Positions 50,470 to 64,000 of a DNA stretch of 64,000 nucleotides are shown here, piece after piece. The notes beneath the pieces were generated by a model that worked only from the letters and a program-made list of their open reading frames with translations, was not told the DNA's origin and did not search any database. The position numbers were made by a program, and so were the translations under genes. The stretch covers positions 6,240,001 through 6,304,000 of the forward strand of contig CP086569.2 in NCBI GenBank assembly GCA_009914755.4. The letters run 5' to 3'. Each line of letters starts with the position of its first letter. Position 1 is the first letter of the stretch. The DNA comes from the human T2T-CHM13v2.0 reference genome, Homo sapiens.

Positions 50470-51080
50470 TTAGCCCTGCATAGGTGGCTGTGTTAGCTCA
50501 ATTAGACCCCTGCTTTATCGCAAGCACAGAGGGCTTTCTGTATCCCAGGGTTCTTGCCTTGGAGTACGGGAAGAATTGGATCACACATGGGCTTGGAGAA
50601 TGAGTCCAAGGTTTTATTGAATGGAAGTAGCTCTCAGCAGTGGGGGAGCCAGAAGGGAGAAGATTTTCCCCTAGAGTTGGGCCACTTGGAGGCCTGGACT
50701 CTCCTCCAACTGCCCCAACCAAACTCTGTGTCATTCTGCTGGTCGGTGGCCTGCCAGCATGTTCGGTGTGTTCCTCTCGACATCCAACCATCCGTGTGTT
50801 CCTCTGCTGATGTGCTCCTCTCGATGTCCAGCCACCTGTGTGTCTGCTTGCTAGCATCTTGGGGTTTTTACAGGCACAGGATGGGGCCATGGCAGGCCAG
50901 GGTAGTCTTGGGAAATGCAACATTTGGGCAGGAAAACAAAAATGCCTGTCCTCATGTAGGTCTGTGGCCACAGGCCTGGGTGTGGAGTCCTAGCCAGGGA
51001 CCACAACCTTACCCCCTTCCGTATAATTTAAAGGGATCATGTCCTTCCTTTCCCAGAATTTCCCTTCCATATCATTGTTA
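50470..51080. other. GC-rich, CpG-retaining segment of unknown origin (possibly a solo LTR)
   Basis: Carries two overlapping antisense ORFs (50498-50971 minus, 50554-51081 plus) with no recognisable protein similarity. It has an internal ~30-bp imperfect duplication (gtgttcctctcgacatccaaccatc / gtgctcctctcgatgtccagccacc) and 'ggttttattg' (antisense AATAAA). Confidence 0.3.
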
Positions 51081-52519
51081 ATGACATGTTTGGATACTTC
51101 AGAAATCTAAGATAGATCATCTAAGACACATAAGAGCTTAGAATTTGTCACTTTCATTCTTTTAACAAGGAAAAGCTGGAAAAACTGAAAATCAGTTGAC
51201 ACTTTTTGGACTCATCAGAGAAGTGAAGTTACTGGATTTCCTTGAAATATTTAGAAACAGTTATTTTAAGAAGGACAAAACACATGAGCAATTTCTTATC
51301 TGGAGCAGACACTGCCAGACACCCTAGAAGGCAGTAAGAACGTTAAACTAGAAATTCTGATGAACTTATGGTGCCCAAATGTGGGCTAGCTTCTGGAGGC
51401 TGCAATCACAGGAATACCCCTCATTTCTGTAGGCTTTCCTCCAGAAGCTCCACCAGGCTTTCATAGAGTGGATTTAGAAAAATCCTAAGAGTGCTCCCTT
51501 TGTGACTCTGCCAAGGGAAGGGAAGGAATTAGGAGGCAGGGTGAAAAAGAGTCTACCCCTAAAGAAAAAAAAGAAACACGAATTACAAAAGTCACAGCTC
51601 TGAAACACAGCTTACTATGCATTCCAAAACTTGAGAATAAAACATAAAACCTAGAGAATGCCTTATATCCTTCTTTCCTATATGATCACTATACTAGTAA
51701 TGCCTCCAATAATGGTTACAGTGGATTACAACTGAAAGAGCTAAAAGAAAAAATAAATAAATAAAACTTTCTAAGAAGCAGAATAGAGAAGCCCAAAATT
51801 CAACAGGAGAGAAAAAAAACATGATTACTAGAGAAATATGAATCTTCCAGTGTCCATAGCTACAACAAACATCAAACATAACACAACTCTTGGCCAGATA
51901 ACATGTATACCAAACATCTATTAACATATATGATATGTTCATCATTCAACAAAAAGTTCTAAGACATGCCCAAAAGGCAAGAAGCAAACAAATAAACAAC
52001 ACACAGTCAGAAGACAAAGTATTAATGAGACACAGACTCACTTATGACATGAATGTTGGAATTGTCAGAGAGGAAATTTAAAAATGATTATGATTACCTT
52101 GTCAAAATCTCTAATGAAAAAGGTACAGGACAGGCAAAACCAGAAGGGTCACATAAGAGGAGAGATGCAAATTGTAAGAATAAAAAGAAAAGGTTATAAA
52201 TTATTTTTAAAAAATATGGCAACAAAAATGAAGAATGCTCTCCATAGTTCATCAGTATACCCAACACAACTAAATAAAAAGTCAGTAAATTTGAAGACAG
52301 GTAAATAGAAATTTTTCAAACTGAAATTGAATAAAGTGACAAAAATAGAAGAGAACATTCGAGAACTGTGGGAAAATATCTGCAAAACTGTAATACTAGA
52401 AGAAAAAGGCAAAATGAAACAAAATAAAAATTTGAAGAAATAGTAGTTGAAAAATGTTAAGTTAGTGACAGTCACCAATACATGGATCTAAGAAGCTTAG
52501 AGAACCCTAAGAAAAGATA

Positions 52520-52990
52520 ACACACTGTATTAGTCAGGATTCTCCGAAAAAATATAAACAATAGAACCAATAGGCTCTATTTTTGTCTCTCCATAGAGAG
52601 AGAGATACAGAAGTTTATTTTAAGAAGTTGGCTCACATGATTATGGGAGCAGGCAAATCCAAAAGCTGCAGGATGGATTGGCAGGTTGGAGACCCAAAGA
52701 AGAGCAAATAATGTAGTTCAAGTCTGAAGGCCATCAGAATAAAGTTTCAGGAAGGAACCAACATTGCAGTTCAAATCCAAAGGATATCTACTGGCAGAAT
52801 TACTCTTTGCTTGGGGGAAGTCAGTACTTTTGTTCTATTCAGTTCTTAACTGAGTGGATGAGACCCACCCAACTTACAGAGGAAAATCTCTTTTGCTCAA
52901 AGTTGACTAATTTATATGCTAATCTCATGGAAAACAATCTTCATAAAAATATCTGGAATAATGTGTGAACAAATATTTGGGCACAATGAG
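52520..52990 (-). mobile_element. MaLR-type solo LTR (same family as 945-1447 and 9272-9792), antisense
   Basis: Begins cactgtattagtcaggattctccgaaaaaatataaacaatagaaccaatagg, the reverse complement of the ...cctattggttctgtttctctggagaaccctgactaatacagtg terminus. Ends ...cacttaaaattaattatcaca. Confidence 0.6.
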
Positions 52991-53721
52991 GCATCCAAAT
53001 TGACACTTAAAATTAATTATCACACATAACAAAACATAGATAAGAATTGCCAAAGACATCTTATCAGATATTATGTCAACAGGAAAATAATGGCATACAA
53101 TATTTAAAATTTTAAAAGAAAAATTCTGCCAATCAAAAATTCTATACTCAGCAAAACATGTACTTTAAGATTGAAAAAAAATCCTTTCTCAAAAAAAAAA
53201 TTATTACTAGTAGACTAGCCCTACAAAAATTGTTAAAGGAAGTTCTTCACAGAAAGAAACTTATATAGGTCAGAAAAATTGAGAATATACAAAAAAAAGA
53301 AGAGTGGAGCACAACAAATAAATAAAGGTAAAATATCTTTTATGTTTTTCTTAATTTCCCAAAAGATAATTGACACTTTAAAACAATAATAATAACAATG
53401 TATGAAGTATTTATAGCATATGTTTAAATAAAATGAATGACTGTGTCAGAAGAGATGAGAGAGGAATTAAGAATACCATAAATTACCTGCACTATATCTG
53501 AATGAAATAGTATTATTTAAAGAGGAACTTAGATTGTTTAAAAATGTATATAGTAAACCCTCAGGCAACCACTAAAATAATGAAAAGGAAGTATAAGTGA
53601 TATGTCAGTATGGAAGACAAATGGCATCATAATAAATGTTCAATAAATAGCAGAGAGAGCCACAGAAGGAAACATTTAAAAGAAAGAGCAAATGCAATTA
53701 ATACAAAGCATAAAGATAATA

Positions 53722-54022
<301 letters not shown>

Positions 54023-54861
54023 GAAACAGATAGTATATATAGTTTCTTCCAAATATATTTGGAATCACTTTATACCTGAATAGTCTAAATACACCAGTCA
54101 AAATCAGAAATTGGTTTTCTGTTCCTGTGTTAATTCACTTAGGATTATGGCCTCCAGTTCTATCCATGTTGTTGCAAAGGACATGCTTTTATTTTTTTCC
54201 TATAGTTGTGTAGTATTTCATGGCGTATGTGTAACACATTTTCTCAATTATAAATAGTAGCTAAATATTGAGCACACAAGGACTCAAACAAGGGAACAAC
54301 AGACACTGTGGACTACTAGATGGGGGAGATGGAAAGAAGGAGGTGGGTTGAAAAACTACCTATTGGGTAATATGTCAGTACCGGGGTGCAATATAACCAT
54401 GTAAAAAATCTGCACATGTACGTTCTGTATCTAAAAAAAAAGTTGAATTTAAAAAAAAAGAAATTGGGAAGTATGATCAACTGATAAACACCAATGTAGG
54501 GAAAGATGTAGACTTAAGAACACTCTTACACAATACTTATTAGAGTTTTAATTGGTATGATCACTTTTGGGAGCCATTTGGTAATATCTCGTGAGATTAA
54601 AAATGTGCATATTTCATGACCAGACAATTCCAACCCTCAATGTCTATATCAGATATGTTCTATTTTATATATGCCAGGAAACATATGAAAAAAAGTATTT
54701 ACTTTAGCGCTTGTTGATATCAGCAAATAAAGCGTAAATAAATTAACTTTCTGCCAATAGGAAAATGGGTGACTTAGAGATAGCTTATTTTTATAAGAAA
54801 ATAGTATATAATATTAGAAATGAATTCAGTTGATTTACTTGTATCAAGAGGGATAAATATA

Positions 54862-54875
54862 GAAAAGATAATGTT
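54862..54875. repeat. TSD (left) of the full-length L1PA: gaaaagataatgtt
   Basis: Identical 14-mer at 60906-60919, immediately after the L1 A-rich tail. Confidence 0.85.
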
Positions 54876-55780
54876 GAGGAGGAGCCAAGATGGCTAACAG
54901 GAACAGCTCCGGTCTACAGCTCCCAGTGAGAGCGACGCAGAAGACAGGTGATTTCTACATTTCCATCTGAAGTACCAGGTTCATCTCACCATGGAGTGCC
55001 AGACAGTGGGTGCAGGTCAGTGGGTGTGTGCACCGTGCATGAGCCAAAGCGGGGCAAGGCATTGCCTCACTCGGGAAGTGCAAGGGGTCAGGGAGTTCCC
55101 TTTCCTAGTCAAAGAAAGGGGTGTCAGACGGCACCTGGAAAATCGGGTCAGTCCCACCTGAATACTGCACTTTTCTGACGGGCTTAAAAAACGGTGCACC
55201 AGGAGATTATATCCCACACCTGGCTCAGAGGGTCCTATGCCCACAGAGTCTTGCTGATTGCTAGCACAGCAGTCTGAGATCAAACTGCAAGGTGGCAGCA
55301 AGGCTGGGGGAGGGGCGCCCACCATTGCCCAGGCTTGCTTAGGTAAACAAAGCAGAGGGGAAGCTTGAACTGGGTGGAGCCCACCACAGCTCAAGGAGGC
55401 CTGCCTGCCTCTGTAGGCTCCACCTCTGGGGGCAGGGCACAGACAAACAAAAAGACAGCAGTAACCTCTGCAGACTTAAATGTCCCTGTCTGACAGCTTT
55501 GAAGAGAGCAGTGGTTCTTCCAGCACACAGCTGGAGATCTGAGAATGGGCAGACTGCCTCCTCAAGTGGGTCCCTGACCCCTGACCCCCAAGCAGCCTAA
55601 CTGGAAGGCACCCCCAAGCAGGGGCAGACTGACACCTCACAGGGCTGGGTACTCCAACAGACCTGCAGCTAAGGGTCCTGTCTGTTAGAAGGAAAACTAA
55701 CAAACAGAAAGGACATCCACACCAAAAACCCATCTGTACATCACCATCATCAAAGACCAAAAGTAGATAAAACCACAAAG

Positions 55781-56794
55781 ATGGGGAAAAAACAGAACAG
55801 AAAAACTGGAAACTCTAAAAAGCAGAGCACCTATCCTCCAAAGGAATGCAGTTCCTCACCAGCAACAGAACAAAGCTGGACAGAGAATGACTTTGACGAG
55901 CTGAGAGAAGAAGGCTTCAGACGATCAAATTACTCCGAGCTATGGGATGACATTCAAACCAAAGACAAAGAAGTTGAAAACTTTGAAAAAAAATTTAGAA
56001 GAATGTATAACTAGAGTAACCAATACAGAGAAGTGCTTATAGAGCTGATGGAGCTGAAAACCAAGGCTTGAGAACTACGTGAAGAATACAGAAGCCTCAG
56101 GAGCTGATGCGATCAACTGGAATAAAGGGTATCAGTGATGGAAGATGAAATGAATGAAATGAAGTGAGAAGGGAAGTTTAGAGAAAAAAGAATAAAAAGA
56201 AATGAGCAAAGCCTCCAAGAAATATGGGACTATGTGAAAAGACCAAATCTACGTCTGATTGGTGTGCCTGAAAGTGACGGGGAGAATGGAACCAAGTTGG
56301 AAAACATTCTGCAGGATATTATCCAGGAGAACTTCCCCAATCTAGCAAGGCAGGCCAACATTCAGATTCAGGAGATACAGAGAATGCCACAAAGATACTC
56401 CTCGAGAAGAGCAACTCCAAGACACATAATTGTCAGATTCACCAAAGTTGAAATGAAAGAAAAAATGTTAAGGGCAGCCAGAGAGAAAGGTCAGGTTACC
56501 CTCAAAGGGAAGCACATAAGACTAACAGCAGATCTCTCAGCAGAAACTCTACAAGCCAGAAGAGACTGGGAACCAATATTCAACATTCTTAAAGAAAAGA
56601 ATTTTCAACCCAGAATTTCATATCCAGCCAAACTAAGCTTCATAAATGAAGGAGAAATAAAATACTTTATAGACAAGCAAATGTTGAGAGATTTTGTCAC
56701 CACCAGGCCTGCCCAAAAAGAGCTCCTGAAGGAAGTGCTAAACATGGAAAGGAACAACCGGTACCAGCCACTGCAAAATCATGCCAAAATGTAA
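55781..56794 (+). pseudogene. L1 ORF1 (disrupted: premature stop after 77 aa at 56012-56014, reading resumes in another frame at 56234-56794)
   Basis: MGKKQNRKTGNSKKQSTYPPKECSSSPATEQSWTENDFDELREEGFRRSNYSELWDDIQTKDKEVENFEKKFRRMYN*, then ...RPNLRLIGVPESDGENGTKLENILQDIIQENFPNLARQANIQIQEIQRMPQRYSSRRATPRHIIVRFTKVEMKEKMLRAAREKGQVTLKGKHIRLTADLSAETLQARRDWEPIFNILKEKNFQPRISYPAKLSFINEGEIKYF... An extra A in the A-run near 55985-55992 gives a frameshift. Confidence 0.9.
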
Positions 56795-56857
56795 AGACCA
56801 TCGAGACTAGGAAGAAACTGCATCAACTAACAAGCAAAATAACCAGCTAATATCATA

Positions 56858-60460
<3,603 letters not shown>

Positions 60461-60905
60461 CAAAGACTTGGAACCAACCCAAATGTCCAACAATGATAGA
60501 CTGGATAAAGAAAATGTGGCACATATACAACATGGAATACTATGCAGCCATAAAAAATGATGAGTTCATGTCCTTTGTAGGGACATGGACGAAGCTGGAA
60601 ACCATCACTCTTAGCAAACTATTGCAAGGGCAGAAAACCAAACACCATATGTTCTCATAGGTGGGAATTGAACAATGAGAACACTTGGACACAGGGAGGG
60701 GAACATCACACAATGGGGCCTGTTGTGGGGTGGGGGGAGGGGGGAGGGATAGCATTAGGAGATATACCTAATGCTAGATGACGAGTTAGTGGGTGCAGCG
60801 CACCAGCATGGCCCATGTATACATATGTAACTAACCTGCACATTGTGCACATGTACCCTAAAACTTAAAGTATAATAATAATAAATAAAGAAAAAGAAAA
60901 CAAAA

Positions 60906-60919
60906 GAAAAGATAATGTT
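60906..60919. repeat. TSD (right) of the full-length L1PA: gaaaagataatgtt
   Basis: See 54862-54875. Confidence 0.85.
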
Positions 60920-63400
60920 AAGTAAAAATCAAACCTTCAAAAGGGTACTTAGAGTAGGAAGCAACATATATAAATTAAAACACACAAATTAATAGAATAT
61001 TTGTTTATGGGGACATACATATGTAGTAAAGACAAAATGCACATTTGTTAGTTCAATGGCATAAAAAAATCATAAATTGTAGATTAGATTAAGAAACAAA
61101 AAACAGTATCAAGAAAACAAAACAAAAATATGATACCTAATTATATGCTGTGTAGAGCAAACCCAATTTAAATATAAAGACTTTTAGAAGTTAAATAAAA
61201 TGATGAAGAAAGATATATCATGCAAACACAAAGCATAAAAAGAAGCTGAATTACCTCTATTAATTTCAGACAAAGCAATCTTCAGAACAAAAAAGAGTAT
61301 CAGGAGTAAAAGAAACATTAAATAATGAAAAAAGGATCAATTCTCAAAGCAGACATAATCATAAAATGGTGTGTACCTAACAAAACAGCATCAAAATATA
61401 TGCAAAAATTTATAGAACTGAAAGGAGAAATAGACAAATATCCTATTATAGTTGCATAGTTTGACACTCCCTTGTCAGTAAATGATAAATAGAGCAGGCA
61501 GAAAATGATAAGGCTAAAGATAAACTGAACAACACTATCAACAAATTGGCATTATAGAATATTCTGTACAGCATCATAAGAATACACGTTCTTCTCATGT
61601 GCAGATGGAACACTCATCAGGATGGAACACTCATGAAGATACATCACAGTATAGGCCATAAAATAAACATTTGCAGGTTGAAAATGCTAGAAATTATGTA
61701 AAGTACGTTCTCAGAGGGTAACAGATTTACTGTAGAAATCAGTAACTGAAATATGGCCATAAAACCTGAACTATTTATAAAATAGAGAATATAGCTCTAA
61801 ATAACACTTACGGTTAAAAAAATACCAACATATCTTATGAACACAGAGTATATACAAAAATCCTTTAAAGTATTAGCAAATCAAAAATGGTAAGATATAA
61901 AAAGAGTAATTCACCACAACTTATTCATTATAGGAATGCAAGTATGGTTTTACATTCATAAATCAATCAATGTAATTTATCTTGTTAGCAGGCTAAATAT
62001 CAGAAATCATATCAATAGATACATTAAATACATTTTACAAAATTTAATATCCCTTTACGATTAAAAACTCAAAAATCAGGAATAGAAGGTGTGTTAGCCC
62101 AGTCTTGCATTGCTATGAAGAAATGACCAAAACTGGATAAATTGTAAAGAAAATAAACCTAATTGGCTAACAGTTCTGCAGGTTTTGCAGAAAGTATGGT
62201 GATGGCATCTGCTGGACTTCTGGTGAGGCCTCTGGGAGCCTTTATTCATGGTGGAAGGCAAAGTGGGAACTGGCACATCACATGGCTTGAGCTAGAGCAA
62301 GAGAGAGAATGGGAAATCCTACAGAGTTTTAAATAACCAGATCTTGTGTGAACCCACTCATCACTAAGGGGATGGTGCTAAGTCATTCATGAGGGATACA
62401 CATTTTCATGATCTAAACACTTTCCACGTGCCCCATCTCCAACAATGGGGATTACATTTCAATGTGAGATTGGATGGGGAAACAGATCCAAATCATCTCA
62501 GAGGGAAACATCCTTTATGTAATCAGGCAGATAGGAAAACTTACAAAGAACATCGTATTGATGACAGACAGAACAAAATGAATATAGTAGTATTGCATTA
62601 TAGCTAAAATTATAAAATAAATACTTACAAGTCCATACAGATATTAAAAATGAATTAATAAATAGACAAGGGAGAATAGAAAAATCTCCTCTGCAGAAGA
62701 ATTACAAATAATTTGTTAAGATACATTCACCTTAAGGAAGCAGAGCTCATCTCCCAGTTTCTTAGATGTGGTCTTTATATTGTGACTTTCTTCCAAAAAA
62801 TACACATTACAAAGGAATAAAAAAAGGAACTACAGTGTAGCAACTTGACAAACTACCATAGCCAAGTGATTAATATCAACATTAAAAAGTCATATTGATA
62901 GCATATATTCTTGATATACTATGACAAGAAAGGCATTTAATCTCTGTGATCTTGCAACCAGATACCAATTATCCCAGCCTAATGAGAAAAACATCAAAGA
63001 AATTGCAATGTAGGAACATTCTACAAAATAACCTGAACTCCTCAAAACTGTCAAAGTCATCAGAACAGAAATGGAAAATCTGAGAAACCATCATAGCTAC
63101 ATGGAGCCAAAGGAGACATGACTACTAAATATAGTGTGGTATTATGTTTGGGAATCTAAGATAGGAAAAGGACATGCAGTAAAAACTATGAAAATGTGCA
63201 TAAATGTGGACTTTAGTTAATAAGATATCAATACTAGTTTGTTAATTATAACAAATCTATTTTTCTAATATAAGATACTAGTTATAGGAGAAACTGGATG
63301 CAGAGTATATGGAAAACATACGATTTTATTTTTATTTAAAACTGCTCTAAATTATCAAGTTTATAAAAATATTTACTCTACTACTTCTTCCTTAAAAATT
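60920..63400 (+). mobile_element. Ancient L1M-like ORF2 region (continuation of the 51540-54860 element), interrupted by a MaLR LTR at 62090-62501
   Basis: A/T-rich degenerate L1 ORF2-like sequence (e.g. ...ttctcatgtgcagatggaacactcatcaggatggaacactcatgaagatacatcacagtataggccataaaataaacatttgcaggttgaaaatgctagaaattatg..., ~HVQMEHS...INICRLKM motif region of EN). Confidence 0.5.
62090..62501 (-). mobile_element. THE1/MST-type MaLR solo LTR, antisense
   Basis: gtgtgttagcccagtcttgcattgctatgaagaaatgaccaaaactggataaattgtaaagaaaataaacctaattggctaacagttctgcaggttt...ggggattacatttcaatgtgagattggatggggaaacagatccaaatcatctca is the reverse complement of the THE1/MST LTR. Confidence 0.75.
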
Positions 63401-64000
63401 CTAATTAAGTATGAGATAGGCTTAAACTCTTCAAATGAAGACACATAGAATATCTGATGATATTAGGAAAACCAAAGTAATGGAGCTTCACAGAAATTTA
63501 ATTTCATCAAAGTTAGCAATGTGAATGATCAGCCACTCCGGACTAAATTCTGATTCTTTTTTGTACCCTTACAATATTTAATTTGCTAGCTTTAAAAGAT
63601 TTTAACTATGATGTTTCAAACAATTGTTTTAGGAGATATCTGAACATTAACTTGAGCATTGGAAGCTTTTATTATGGTAAAGAGAATTGGTGGAAATAAT
63701 GGTTAATGATGTTTAAAATACTTTTGTGTGTTTATAATACTATCTAGAGAGCCACTTTGCAGAAATGTATATTCAGATTATTAACCCATTTTATGATTGG
63801 GTTATTTAATTATTTAATATTGTGCTATTAGTACTTTATAGGCTCTAGATACAAGTTTTGTTGTTGCTGTTGTTGGATATGTGGTTTGCAAATATTTCCT
63901 CCCAGTCTGTTCCTTGTCTTTTCTTCTTCACATGGACCTTCAAAGAGCAAATGTTTTTAGTTTCAATTTTAATTATGTCCAATGTAGCAAAGTTTTATGG

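Overview
This window reads as human or closely related primate genomic DNA from a repeat-dense intergenic or deep-intronic region, not a prokaryotic locus. I found no cellular protein-coding gene, rRNA, tRNA or CRISPR. Almost all recognisable structure is nested transposable-element sequence. There are five Alu SINEs with poly-A tails and target-site duplications, about eight MaLR-type LTRs (THE1/MST-like and MLT-like), and about ten ancient L1 fragments. One ancient L1 is near full length, running from a 'caagatggc' 5' start to its 3' end (38893-45490). A younger full-length L1PA (6.0 kb, 54876-60905) has a 14-bp TSD and both ORFs disrupted. A second young L1PA insertion (9793-11898) has the classic twin-priming 5'-inversion structure and its own 14-bp TSD. 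A 5.77-kb LTR-bounded retroelement (28305-34074) splits an older L1, and it contains an LTR12-like segment with a cluster of ATTGG (inverted CCAAT) boxes. Smaller items are several MIR fragments, microsatellites, a 4 x ~265-bp tandem array, and a perfect 49-bp inverted repeat inside an ancient L1 ORF2. Every ORF in the six-frame track that lies in an identified repeat is an L1 ORF1/ORF2 remnant or a frame artefact within a repeat; the few in unassigned DNA have no support as genes. I see no evidence of a novel biological system, and I think that is the honest answer here. The worthwhile observations are structural and mutational (twin priming, nested insertion chronology, templated palindrome, repeat-internal expansions, CpG-retaining patches). 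Family names come from recalling consensus sequences, not from alignment, so subfamily calls (L1PA3-5 vs L1HS, THE1 vs MST, LTR12) are approximate.
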